The notes under the pieces are model-generated. The model was given only the letters and a program-made list of their open reading frames with translations. It did not search any database and was not told where the DNA came from. 54,374 bases of DNA from Bacteroidales bacterium (GTDB lineage: Bacteria > Bacteroidota > Bacteroidia > Bacteroidales > CG2-30-32-10), in the NCBI GenBank assembly GCA_038214085.1, contig JBBQSF010000001.1:1-54374 (forward strand). Reading direction: 5' to 3'. Shown piece after piece: positions 1 to 8,984 of this stretch. Positions within the stretch are counted from its first letter, which is position 1. Each line of letters begins with the position of its first letter. The position numbers and the translations under genes were made by a program.

Positions 1-692
1 CAAGTGCCATCGGGAGTATCGTAATCGTTGCCCCAAATATTCAGGCATTCTCTTTTGCCGATAGCTGTTTGAGTTAAATAGGGTATCAGATTGTTAGGAA
101 TACCAATTGGCAACTCGCCAATAATGGCAGATTTATGAGCACCAATAGGATTAAAATACCTCAATGAGATTACATTTTTTTTTGCCGAAGAAGAATAATC
201 TTCAAGTATTTTTTCAGAAACTTGTTTTGTGTAACCGTAAGGCGAATAAGGGGTTTTGAAAGGTGTTGTTTCAGAAACAGGCAATTCGTCTGGTTGTCCG
301 TAAACAGTACATGATGATGAAAACACGATATTGTTTATTCCCGCAGCAGTGGTGCATTCCAGCAAATTGATAAGCGAAAGAACATTGTTACGGTAATATT
401 TCATGGGGTTCAGAACCGATTCGCCAACAGCTTTAAACGCAGCAAAGTGAATAATTCCGGCAATATCCGAATTGAGCAGAAAAAATTTGCTTAAAGCTTC
501 TTTGTTGCACAAATCAATATTTGAAAATTCGGGGCGTATCCCGGAAACTTTTTCAATGGAATCAACAACCCATTCGTACGAATTGGAAAGGTTGTCAATA
601 ATCATTACATCAAATCCAGCCTGCTGTAATTCAACAACAGTATGCGATCCGATAAATCCTGTGCCTCCGGTAACTAATATTTTTTTCGACAA
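1..692 (-). CDS. galE: UDP-glucose 4-epimerase (GalE), C-terminal part lies beyond the window edge
   Basis: Not in the ORF track because it runs off the window. My minus-strand translation from TTG at 692 gives LSKKILVTGGTGFIGSHTVVELQQAGFDVMIIDNLSNS..., and at the window edge ...GKRECLNIWGNDYDTPDGT. These match the GalE Rossmann N-terminus, the DNLxNS block and the FGNDYxTxDGT block. An in-frame stop lies two codons upstream of the TTG, and the first ATG falls after the glycine loop, so the start is TTG. Confidence 0.85.
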   Translation of the reverse strand, partial: MSKKILVTGGTGFIGSHTVVELQQAGFDVMIIDNLSNSYEWVVDSIEKVSGIRPEFSNIDLCNKEALSKFFLLNSDIAGIIHFAAFKAVGESVLNPMKYYRNNVLSLINLLECTTAAGINNIVFSSSCTVYGQPDELPVSETTPFKTPYSPYGYTKQVSEKILEDYSSSAKKNVISLRYFNPIGAHKSAIIGELPIGIPNNLIPYLTQTAIGKRECLNIWGNDYDTPDGT

Positions 693-713
693 TTTTTATA
701 ATTTAAACCGGAA

Positions 714-2009
714 TTAAAGACTCCAGTAGGTTAGCTTATTTATTTTTCCCCTGTAAATTCCTTTAACATCAACTAAAATTGCATTTTCGTTGGTAAGTGC
801 TGCAAAATAGTTTTCGTCGAGATTTATATAATCCTTATGATTAACGGCAACAATAACGGCATCATAATCTTTCGAAAGATTTTCGGTTAATCCAAAGCCG
901 TATTCGTGCATTAATTCTTTCGACGAAGCATGTGGATCGGTAACGTCAACATTTACGCCGTATGATTTGAATTCGCTGATCACATCGGCAACTCTTGAAT
1001 TGCGGATATCGCTTACGTCTTCTTTAAAAGTAGCGCCCATTACGAGAACTTTTGCATGGAGAACATTCTTGCCTGCTGCAATCATTTTTTTAACAGTCTG
1101 TTTTGCGATATAAAATCCCATAGAATCGTTCACATACCTGCCAGAAAGAATAATCTGCGGAGTATATCTGAATTCTTTTGCTTTATAAGTGAGGTAATAC
1201 GGGTCAACACCAATACAATGTCCGCCAACAAGGCCAGGGAAAAATTTCAGAAAATTCCATTTGGTGCCCGCAGCTTCCAACACTTCATACGTATTAATTC
1301 CCATGCGGTTAAAAATGATGGAAAGCTCATTCATAAGAGCTATATTTACATCGCGCTGTGTGTTTTCAATAATTTTTGCCGACTCGGCCACTTTAATGCA
1401 TGATGCTCTATGAACACCTGCAGTAACAATAAGTTCGTACACTTTTGCAACAATATCAAGGGATTCATCATCGCAACCTGAAACCACTTTTGTAATGGTG
1501 GTAATAGTATGCAATTTATCGCCGGGATTGATACGTTCTGGAGAGAAACCAACTTTAAAATCTTCCACGAATTTAAGTCCGGAAAGTTCTTCAAGAATTG
1601 GAATGCAATCTTCTTCGGTACATCCGGGATACACAGTGGATTCGTAAACCACATAATCGCCTTTTTTCAAAACCTTTCCAACAGTGCGTGTAGCGCTTAG
1701 AAGCGGAGTTAGATCCGGAAGGTTATGATCGTCGATAGGCGTTGGCACGGCAACAATATGGAAAGTGGCATCTTTAAGATCTTCTAAGGTTGCAGTGAAT
1801 TGGATGTCGCAATTGTCAAAGGCTTCCGAAGGAAGTTCTTCGCTTGGGTCGATGCGATTTTTCATCATTTCAACACGATCTTCTTTGATATCAAATCCTA
1901 TTACAGGCATTTTTTTTGCAAACTCAAGAGCTATTGGTAAGCCTACGTATCCAAGGCCTATAACGGATAATTTTGTTTCTTTATTTAAAAGTTTTTCGTA
2001 AATATTCAT
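714..2009 (-). CDS. wbpA: UDP-N-acetyl-D-glucosamine 6-dehydrogenase-type nucleotide-sugar dehydrogenase (WbpA-like)
   Basis: 431 aa. N-terminal Rossmann motif VIGLGYVGLPIALEF, catalytic-Cys region GLVGGHCIGVDPYYL, and UDP-glucose/GDP-mannose dehydrogenase family architecture. It sits immediately downstream of wbpB/D/E homologues. Confidence 0.8.
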   Translation of the reverse strand: MNIYEKLLNKETKLSVIGLGYVGLPIALEFAKKMPVIGFDIKEDRVEMMKNRIDPSEELPSEAFDNCDIQFTATLEDLKDATFHIVAVPTPIDDHNLPDLTPLLSATRTVGKVLKKGDYVVYESTVYPGCTEEDCIPILEELSGLKFVEDFKVGFSPERINPGDKLHTITTITKVVSGCDDESLDIVAKVYELIVTAGVHRASCIKVAESAKIIENTQRDVNIALMNELSIIFNRMGINTYEVLEAAGTKWNFLKFFPGLVGGHCIGVDPYYLTYKAKEFRYTPQIILSGRYVNDSMGFYIAKQTVKKMIAAGKNVLHAKVLVMGATFKEDVSDIRNSRVADVISEFKSYGVNVDVTDPHASSKELMHEYGFGLTENLSKDYDAVIVAVNHKDYINLDENYFAALTNENAILVDVKGIYRGKINKLTYWSL

Positions 2010-2012
2010 GAC

Positions 2013-2972
2013 TTATAATTTAATCTTTTTTAAAATTGGATGATAATCACCTTTAATTCCAACAGGGGTATTATTTCTAATGTCAAAAGCAACCTGAATG
2101 CTGGGATATGATTCTGACAATCCGAAACCGTTTCCATTTATTATTTCGGTATAACTGTGTGTATGAAGTTCTGTAAATCCTTCACTAAATTCTGATTCCT
2201 GCCCTTCGATAGAGATGGAACGATATGTACGCTGATTCGCATCAACTGCAACTTGTGGCAAATCGTTTGAATCAATGCTCAGAAACCAGCGAACACGGGC
2301 TTTTTCGAGCTGTAAAAACCCAGCAGCTTTATCGGTATGATACAAATGAACTATATTTTGTTTAACAGGGCCAAAAATCCACATCAGCATATCAAAAAAG
2401 TGAATGCCGATATTTGTAGCTATTCCGCCTGATTTAGTGGGTTCTCCTTTCCATGATATTTGATACCAATGGCCTCTGCTTGTGATATACGATAAATCAA
2501 CATCATAAATCTTGTCAGCAGGACCATTTTTAATATCTTCTTTTAGCTTGATAATAGAAGGATGAAGGCGAAGCTGAAGAATGTTATAAATTTTTTTCCC
2601 TGTTTCTTTTTCAATTTCCTGCAAAGCGTCAATATTCCAGGGATTCAATACCAACGGTTTTTCGCAGATAGCATGTGCATCATTTCGTAAGGCAAGGCGA
2701 ATATGAGAATCGTGAAGATAATTCGGTGAGCAAATGCTTACGTAATCGATTTTCTTTTCACCTCTGCGGCGAAGTTTGTCGAGATGCCGGTCAAAACGTT
2801 CTGCTTCCAGAAAAAAATCCGCTTCCGGAAAGTAACGGTCAATGATACCTACAGAATCATTTTTGTCTAGTGCGGCAACCAGATTGTTATGAGTATCAGC
2901 AATGGCTTTCATGTGCCGAGGAGCTATGTAGCCTGCTGCACCAATCAACGCAAAATTTAGTTTATCTGACAT
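2013..2972 (-). CDS. wbpB: UDP-GlcNAcA 3-dehydrogenase (Gfo/Idh/MocA oxidoreductase, WbpB-like)
   Basis: Blocks FALIGAAGYIAPRHMKAI, YVSICSPNYLH, YNILQLRLH, DLSYITSRGHWYQISWKG, ATNIGIHFFDML, ARVRWFLSIDSNDLP and EFSEGFTELHTHSY match my memory of P. aeruginosa WbpB. I prefer the ATG at 2972 (MSDKLNF...) over the TTG at 2993, which would overlap wbpD. Confidence 0.85.
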   Translation of the reverse strand: MSDKLNFALIGAAGYIAPRHMKAIADTHNNLVAALDKNDSVGIIDRYFPEADFFLEAERFDRHLDKLRRRGEKKIDYVSICSPNYLHDSHIRLALRNDAHAICEKPLVLNPWNIDALQEIEKETGKKIYNILQLRLHPSIIKLKEDIKNGPADKIYDVDLSYITSRGHWYQISWKGEPTKSGGIATNIGIHFFDMLMWIFGPVKQNIVHLYHTDKAAGFLQLEKARVRWFLSIDSNDLPQVAVDANQRTYRSISIEGQESEFSEGFTELHTHSYTEIINGNGFGLSESYPSIQVAFDIRNNTPVGIKGDYHPILKKIKL

Positions 2973-2973
2973 A

Positions 2974-3555
2974 TCAGGATAATTTTGTGACAATATTGTT
3001 TTTTAGCTGATATTTTTCTTTGCTTTCAGGGCATACAGCATAACCATCGGCATCAAAATTTAAACGATGACCGTATTCGCTCATCCAACCAGTTTGTTTT
3101 GCTGGATTTCCAACAACAAGAGCATAAGCCAGAACTGTTTTTGTAACAACAGCACCAGCGCCAATAAATGCATATTCACCAATATCATGGCCACAAACAA
3201 TGGTTGCATTTGCGCCAATAGAAACGCCTTTTTTTACATGGGTTTTTGAATATTCACTTTTGCGATTTATTGCACTTCGGGGATTGATAACATTTGTAAA
3301 AACCATTGAGGGCCCTAGGAAAACATCATCGTCGCAGATCACACCAGTGTAAATAGAAACGTTATTTTGAATCTTGACATTTTTTCCTAAAATAACTCCA
3401 GGTGAAACCACCACATTCTGACCGATATTGCAGTTTTCGCCAATCACACAATCCTTCATAATATGGCTGAAATGCCAGATTTTTGTACCGGTACCAATAG
3501 TGCATCCTTCGTCGATGATTGCGGTTTCGTGGTGGAAAAAATCTTGTTCCTGCAT
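2974..3555 (-). CDS. wbpD: Hexapeptide-repeat N-acetyltransferase (WbpD-like, UDP-GlcNAc3NA 3-N-acetyltransferase)
   Basis: Left-handed beta-helix hexapeptide repeats (IGENCNIGQNVVV, ILGKNVKIQNNVSI, IGANATIVCG). The start is taken at ATG 3555 (MQEQDFFHHETAIID); the upstream 45 codons of the ORF overlap wbpE. Confidence 0.8.
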   Translation of the reverse strand: MQEQDFFHHETAIIDEGCTIGTGTKIWHFSHIMKDCVIGENCNIGQNVVVSPGVILGKNVKIQNNVSIYTGVICDDDVFLGPSMVFTNVINPRSAINRKSEYSKTHVKKGVSIGANATIVCGHDIGEYAFIGAGAVVTKTVLAYALVVGNPAKQTGWMSEYGHRLNFDADGYAVCPESKEKYQLKNNIVTKLS

Positions 3556-3559
3556 GATT

Positions 3560-4693
3560 CTAGTTGTTGTTAATAAATTCCAGAACACTTGATGTAATGT
3601 GATGCAGTTGTTCTTCGTCAAGTTCAGTGTGCATAGGCAAAGATACAACTCTTTTTGATAAATCTTCTGTAACAGGGAAGTCACCTTCATTGTAACGGGA
3701 ATCGAGATACGCTTTTTGCATGTGCATAGGAACCGGATAATAAATCATGGCTGGAATTTCTTTAGAATTCAGAAAATCAATAAGTTTTGCGCGGTCAATT
3801 CCATCGGTTACCAAAGTGTACTGATGAAATACATGGGTTGATTGTTTGGAACAAAGAGGCGTTTTAAGATTGGGACAATCCTTAAAAGCATTGTTATAAT
3901 ACGCAGCAGCTTTATTACGTGCGGCAGCATAATTATCCAGTCGTTTTAATTTAATACCGAGAATGGCAGCTTGAATGCTGTCTAAACGGGAATTCACACC
4001 AATTAAGTCGTGGTAATATCTAACGGTCATCCCGTGATTTACAACAATTCGCAGCTGATTTGCAAGTTCATCATTGTTGGTAAAAATTGCACCGCCATCA
4101 CCGTAGCAACCTAAATTTTTAGAAGGGAAAAATGAAGTGCAACCCACATGTCCGATTGTTCCTGCTTTTTTTGTTGAACCATCAGCAAAAATATAATCTG
4201 CGCCAACAGCCTGACAATTGTCTTCAATTACAAATAAATTGTGTTTTTTAGCAATGTCCATAATGGTTTCCATATCGGCACACTGACCAAAAAGGTGAAC
4301 GGGAACAATGGCTTTTGTTTTTGGTGTAATTGCTTTTACAATTGCTTCGGGATCAATGTTGAATGTGTCGGGGGTTACATCTACAAGTACAGGAACAAGC
4401 CCGAGTAATGCGATAACTTCTGCTGTTGCTACAAAAGTAAATGAAGGTGCAATAACTTCGTCGCCGGGTTTAAGCCCAAGAGCCATCATGGCAACCTGTA
4501 AAGCATCGGTTCCGTTTGCACAGGGAATAACATGCTTAACACCAAGATATTTTTCAAGATCTTCCTGAAAATTTTTAACTGCAGGACCATTGATAAATGC
4601 TGTGGATTCAATCACGTTAATTACAGCCTGATCAATTTCGTCTTTCATGTTCAGGTATTGACTTTTTAGGTCGACCATTTGAATTTTTTTCAT
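3560..4693 (-). CDS. wbpE: DegT/DnrJ/EryC1-family PLP aminotransferase (WbpE-like)
   Basis: Typical DegT blocks: VIPCANGTDALQVAMMALG, SFFPSKNLGCYGDGGAI (the PLP-lysine region) and NSRLDSIQAAIL. The start is taken at ATG 4693 (MKKIQMVDLKSQY). A perfect -7 box lies 39 nt upstream. Confidence 0.85.
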   Translation of the reverse strand: MKKIQMVDLKSQYLNMKDEIDQAVINVIESTAFINGPAVKNFQEDLEKYLGVKHVIPCANGTDALQVAMMALGLKPGDEVIAPSFTFVATAEVIALLGLVPVLVDVTPDTFNIDPEAIVKAITPKTKAIVPVHLFGQCADMETIMDIAKKHNLFVIEDNCQAVGADYIFADGSTKKAGTIGHVGCTSFFPSKNLGCYGDGGAIFTNNDELANQLRIVVNHGMTVRYYHDLIGVNSRLDSIQAAILGIKLKRLDNYAAARNKAAAYYNNAFKDCPNLKTPLCSKQSTHVFHQYTLVTDGIDRAKLIDFLNSKEIPAMIYYPVPMHMQKAYLDSRYNEGDFPVTEDLSKRVVSLPMHTELDEEQLHHITSSVLEFINNN

Positions 4694-4732
4694 TTTTATA
4701 TATTTAAAATCAATAATTGTAGTTTCCGGTCG

Positions 4733-4740
4733 CAAAGATA
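4733..4740 (-). promoter_or_regulatory. Bacteroidota -7 promoter box TAnnTTTG (TATCTTTG) for the wbpE-D-B-A-galE operon
   Basis: Perfect match on the minus strand, 39 nt upstream of ATG 4693. Confidence 0.5.
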
Positions 4741-4834
4741 ATATTATTATACTTTTTAGGAATTTTCTGCGTTAATAAAACGTTAAATAAATTAAATAAT
4801 TTCAAGCTTTCTATCCATACGTTTTTAAAAACAC

Positions 4835-4842
4835 TAAATTTG
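4835..4842 (+). promoter_or_regulatory. -7 promoter box TAAATTTG for the OM-protein/waaA operon
   Basis: Perfect match ending 9 nt before ATG 4852 (near-leaderless). Confidence 0.5.
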
Positions 4843-4851
4843 CCGACAGGT

Positions 4852-5607
4852 ATGAAAAAAACACTTTTACTTTTTTTATTGTTTGCAATAACACTTCCTT
4901 ATGCCAGAGCACAGGTGAGTATTAAAGATTCCATTATTCGCACAACAATACTTTCGGTATCTTATTCCTATTTGATTCCCGGTGGAGATCTTGCAAAAAG
5001 ATTTAAACCATCGTCCGGTTTAGGTGGTACTTTTTTATTGAAAAATAAAAAGAATTTTGTTTTTGGAGCAGAAGGAACTTTCCTTTTCAGAGATACCATC
5101 AAAGAAACAAATATTTTTGATTCTATAGTAACTGATGGCGGATATCTGATTGATGGAAACGGAACACTAGCCGATATTAGGCTTTATGAACGCGGATTTA
5201 CATTTTTTGGAAAGGCAGGAAAACTGTTTCCAACGTTTGGGCCAAATCCAAATTCAGGAATTTTGGTAATGGGTGGAGTGGGCTTATTTCAGCATAAATT
5301 CCGTATAGAAAATCCGGGAAATGTTACACCCCAGATAAATGGCGATTATAAAAAAGGTTACGACCGACTTTGCAATGGACTGGCAATAAATCAATCCATT
5401 GGCTACCTGTATATGGGGAATTCCCGATTGGTAAGTTTTTACGCAGGGCTTGAATTTACTCAGGCCTGGACACAATCGCGCCGTTCGTACGATTATCTGA
5501 CCATGCAGAAGGACGAAACCAAACGCTTTGATTCTATGTGGGGATTTAAAGTATCATGGATTATTCCGTTGTACAAACGTTCGCCTCAGAAGTATTACTT
5601 TAATTAA
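4852..5607 (+). CDS. Secreted hypothetical protein, probable outer-membrane beta-barrel
   Basis: Signal peptide MKKTLLLFLLFAITLPYARAQ, alternating hydrophobic/polar strands, aromatic-rich C-terminus (KYYFN). Start at ATG 4852; the TTG at 4840 lies inside the predicted -7 box. I recognise no family. Confidence 0.6.
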   Translation: MKKTLLLFLLFAITLPYARAQVSIKDSIIRTTILSVSYSYLIPGGDLAKRFKPSSGLGGTFLLKNKKNFVFGAEGTFLFRDTIKETNIFDSIVTDGGYLIDGNGTLADIRLYERGFTFFGKAGKLFPTFGPNPNSGILVMGGVGLFQHKFRIENPGNVTPQINGDYKKGYDRLCNGLAINQSIGYLYMGNSRLVSFYAGLEFTQAWTQSRRSYDYLTMQKDETKRFDSMWGFKVSWIIPLYKRSPQKYYFN

Positions 5608-5617
5608 GCTACTTTTA

Positions 5618-6853
5618 GTGAGATTTCTTTACAACACCGGAATATTTCTGTATTATATCGCAATACGAATTTCGTCAGCTACCAATAAAAAAGCACAATT
5701 GTGGCTGAGAGGAAGGCGTAAGATTTTTGAAAAATTACAACAAACTTTTTCAGCGAAACAAGATACGATATGGATGCATTGTGCATCATTGGGCGAATTT
5801 GAACAGGGCAGACCATTGCTGGAAGAAATAAGGAAAGAGTATCCTCATTACAAATTACTTCTGACTTTCTTTTCACCTTCGGGCTTCGAAATCCGGAAAA
5901 AATACGAAGGTGCCGATGCTGTTTTTTATCTTCCAATTGACACACCTGCAAATGCAAAAAGATTTGTTTCTATCGTTAAACCTAAGATTGCGTTTTTTGT
6001 TAAGTACGAATTTTGGTTCAACTACCAGCAACAGCTGAAAAAAAACAGGATTCCCTTTTTTGTGGTATCAGCCAATTTTAGGAGCAATCAACATTTTTTT
6101 AAATGGTATGGCGGATGGTTCAGAAAAAATCTGGAAAATTTTACGCATCTTTTTGTGCAGAACGAACATTCGAAAAATTTATTAGAAGCTGTTAATATTA
6201 ATAATGTTACTGTGTGTGGCGATACGCGTTTTGATAGGGTAGCGGCGATTACCAGTCAGGCAAAAGCTTTTCCGCTTATTGAAAAATTCTGTAATAATAA
6301 AAAAGTTTTTATTGCAGGCAGTTCATGGAAACCCGATGAAGATATTCTGATTCCTTTTATTAATGAGAACTCCAAGTCATTCAAATATATTATTGCACCA
6401 CACGAAGTGCATAAAGAACACATCGAAACCATTAGTAATTCTTTAAAAACCGATTTTGTTATTTATTCTGAACTGAATGATGAAAACGCGCAAAGTGCCG
6501 ATGTGCTTATTATTGACTGTATCGGAATTCTTTCGCATGTATATCAGTATGGTTACATTACTTATATTGGCGGGGGATTTGGCAAAAGCATTCACAATAT
6601 TTTAGAACCGGCAACTTTTGGAATGCCTGTGATATTTGGTCCCAATCATACCAAATTTGCCGAAGCCATTGAATTAAAAAAAGAAGGCGGTGCATTTTCG
6701 ATTTCAAATTCCGAAGAATTCGAAAGTTTAATGGACGCTTGGATAATTGCTCCAGAGAAGGTTGTTGGAGCTTCTGCAATTTCAAAAAAATACGTAATCG
6801 AGCATACTGGTGCCTGTGGTATAATTATGAAATCAGTTTCTGCATATTTTTAA
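5618..6853 (+). CDS. waaA: 3-deoxy-D-manno-octulosonic acid (Kdo) transferase
   Basis: N-terminus VRFLYNTGIFLYYIAIRISS..., WMHCASLGEFEQGRPLLEEIRKEYP, and a glycosyltransferase N-terminal domain typical of KdtA/WaaA. I infer a GTG start at 5618, 10 nt after the upstream stop. The longer ORF from 5528 overlaps the upstream gene and adds non-homologous residues. Confidence 0.85.
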   Translation: MRFLYNTGIFLYYIAIRISSATNKKAQLWLRGRRKIFEKLQQTFSAKQDTIWMHCASLGEFEQGRPLLEEIRKEYPHYKLLLTFFSPSGFEIRKKYEGADAVFYLPIDTPANAKRFVSIVKPKIAFFVKYEFWFNYQQQLKKNRIPFFVVSANFRSNQHFFKWYGGWFRKNLENFTHLFVQNEHSKNLLEAVNINNVTVCGDTRFDRVAAITSQAKAFPLIEKFCNNKKVFIAGSSWKPDEDILIPFINENSKSFKYIIAPHEVHKEHIETISNSLKTDFVIYSELNDENAQSADVLIIDCIGILSHVYQYGYITYIGGGFGKSIHNILEPATFGMPVIFGPNHTKFAEAIELKKEGGAFSISNSEEFESLMDAWIIAPEKVVGASAISKKYVIEHTGACGIIMKSVSAYF

Positions 6854-6882
6854 CCCAACGCATTCTGTTAAAGTTCAATCAA

Positions 6883-6916
6883 TTCAGATTTCCTCCAGAT
6901 TCATTTTGTAAATTCG
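6883..6916 (+). promoter_or_regulatory. Candidate autoregulatory promoter: TTCAGATT-N3-TCCAGATT, N7, near-consensus -7 box TAAATTCG
   Basis: The half-sites at 6883..6890 and 6894..6901 are 11 bp apart. A 7-nt spacer separates them from the box at 6909..6916, which ends 4 nt before ATG 6921. The layout is the same as at 8852 and 10668. Confidence 0.35.
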
Positions 6917-6920
6917 CGCA

Positions 6921-7601
6921 ATGAAAATTTTATTAATCGAAGACGAAACTTTTCTTGCAGAATCCATTATTGAATTTTTAACCGCATCGGGTTTTATTTG
7001 CGAATGGGCCGAAACATTCGAAATGGGATTTGAAAAAGTATCATTGTATGAATACAATTGCGTTCTGGTAGATATTACATTGCCCGGAGGAAGTGGGCTG
7101 CAGATTATTGAACAATTAAAAAAAATGAAACCAGATGCAGGAGTAATTATCATTTCGGCAAAAAATTCGCTCGACGATAAACTCACAGGCCTTGATCTCG
7201 GCGCTGATGATTATATTACAAAACCATTTCATTTATCTGAACTGAATGCACGCATTAAATCAGTTATACGGCGAAGAAATTTTGAAGGGAAAAAAGAAAT
7301 TCTTGTGAACGATATCAGAGTGGTTCCCGAGCTTTCACAGGTTTTTGTAAAGAATCAGGAATTGGTGCTCACTAAAAAAGAATACGAAATGCTGCTGTTT
7401 TTCCTTTCAAATATTAACAGGGTGCTTACAAAAGAGTCCATTGCAGAACACCTTTGGGGAGATGACATGGATATGGCCGACTCGTTTGATTTTATTTACA
7501 CCCACATTAAAAACATCAGAAAAAAAATTATAGAAAAAGGTGGGAAAGATTGCATACATACAGTTTATGGAATGGGTTATAAATTAGCAGAAGAACAATG
7601 A
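6921..7601 (+). CDS. OmpR/PhoB-family response regulator (receiver + winged-helix)
   Basis: MKILLIEDE...DITLPGGSG (phospho-acceptor Asp region), GADDYITKPF, and a C-terminal trans_reg_C block (LTKKEYEMLLFF...VYGMGYKL). It overlaps the kinase gene by 4 nt (ATGA). Confidence 0.9.
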   Translation: MKILLIEDETFLAESIIEFLTASGFICEWAETFEMGFEKVSLYEYNCVLVDITLPGGSGLQIIEQLKKMKPDAGVIIISAKNSLDDKLTGLDLGADDYITKPFHLSELNARIKSVIRRRNFEGKKEILVNDIRVVPELSQVFVKNQELVLTKKEYEMLLFFLSNINRVLTKESIAEHLWGDDMDMADSFDFIYTHIKNIRKKIIEKGGKDCIHTVYGMGYKLAEEQ

Positions 7602-8851
7602 AACTACTTGTAAAAACAAACATTTACTACTTGCTTTTTTCTATTCTTGCATTTGCATTTGGCAGCCTGATTTTTTATGTGATAATTTCGAATGTTATTT
7701 ACGATGAAATTGATGAAACTCTTTTAGATAAAAAAGCAAAGATTGTTGAACAATTGAGTGCAAATGATTCGTTACCCGATTTTAATAATGCGTTTGACAG
7801 TCATATAACAATAGCTCTTTCAGCAGATTCAGTAAGTCAGCAATTCATCGACACTGTTTTTTTTAATAAAGAAGAAAATGAAGACGTGGCATACCGTTCG
7901 TTGATTTTTTCTGCTAAGTCAAACGGAAAAATTTATCGTTTTGCCGTTTCAAAATCTCTCATTGAATCAGAAGATCTGATACAAGGAATTATTGTTTCCA
8001 CGCTGTTGGTTTTCTTGATTTTACTGCTGATGCTGATTTCTTTCAATTATTTTATTTCGAAAAAGATTTGGCGTCCTTTCAATAAAACCCTCGAAAGTCT
8101 CGAAAAATTTGATGTAACAAGCAATGTTGATTTTAGTATTACGGAGAACAATATTACTGAATTCAAAAAACTCAACGAAGCCATTTGCCGAATGACGGAT
8201 AAAATGAAAAAAGATTTTTCAATTCAAAAGGAATTTACCGAGAATGCTTCGCATGAAATTCAAACGCCGCTTTCCATCATCAAATCAAAACTCGAATTGC
8301 TTTTACAGGAAGAGGGATTGAAAGAAAACCAGGTGAAGTTTATCCGAGAAACCTATGACGCAGCTAACCGACTTTCCAAACTAAATCAGGCATTGCTGTT
8401 GATTACAAAAATTGAAAACCAGCAATTTCCAAAGAAAGAAAGTATAGATTTTGGCTCAATAATAACAAAGCATTTGAAAAATTTTGAAGAACTGATTGCA
8501 GAAAAAAATATTGAGCTGAATGTGAATTATAATTCATCAAAAAGTGTTTCGATCAATCCTCTTCTTGCCGACATTCTTATATCAAATCTTATTGGCAATG
8601 CTATCAAGCATAATATTCCCAATGGGAAAATAAATATTACTTATACTGATTTGGGTGTGATGATTGAAAACTCAGGAAATGCCCTTGTTTCGGATCCGGT
8701 AGATTTGTTTAACCGTTTCCGTAAGGACAAACAGAATTCTGAGTCGCTTGGTCTTGGACTTTCCATAGTGAAGAAAATTGCGGAAACAAGCGGGATGCAA
8801 GTAGAATATTCATTTACCAATGGCTTACATTCGGTTGCAATAATTTTTTAG
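7598..8851 (+). CDS. Sensor histidine kinase (two TM segments, HisKA + HATPase_c)
   Basis: H-box FTENASHEIQTPLSII, N-box ISNLIGNAIKHN and G-box SLGLGLSIVKKI. There are two hydrophobic segments (residues ~9-30 and ~130-152). Confidence 0.9.
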   Translation: MKLLVKTNIYYLLFSILAFAFGSLIFYVIISNVIYDEIDETLLDKKAKIVEQLSANDSLPDFNNAFDSHITIALSADSVSQQFIDTVFFNKEENEDVAYRSLIFSAKSNGKIYRFAVSKSLIESEDLIQGIIVSTLLVFLILLLMLISFNYFISKKIWRPFNKTLESLEKFDVTSNVDFSITENNITEFKKLNEAICRMTDKMKKDFSIQKEFTENASHEIQTPLSIIKSKLELLLQEEGLKENQVKFIRETYDAANRLSKLNQALLLITKIENQQFPKKESIDFGSIITKHLKNFEELIAEKNIELNVNYNSSKSVSINPLLADILISNLIGNAIKHNIPNGKINITYTDLGVMIENSGNALVSDPVDLFNRFRKDKQNSESLGLGLSIVKKIAETSGMQVEYSFTNGLHSVAIIF

Positions 8852-8885
8852 TACAGAATTGCTACAGAATTATATTTTACTTTTA
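8852..8885 (+). promoter_or_regulatory. Candidate response-regulator site: TACAGAAT-N3-TACAGAAT, N7, near-consensus -7 box TACTTTTA
   Basis: Perfect 8-nt direct repeat at 8852..8859 and 8863..8870 (11-bp phase). It starts 1 nt after the kinase stop codon, with the -7-like box at 8878..8885. This is upstream of the gene at 8985. Confidence 0.5.
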
Positions 8886-8984
8886 GCAAATTTTATCAGA
8901 AAAAAACAAATTAAATCGGAGCACATACAAGACAGAGGCTTCTATAAATAATATTTTTTTAATTAACTTTTAATTATTTTCAAA

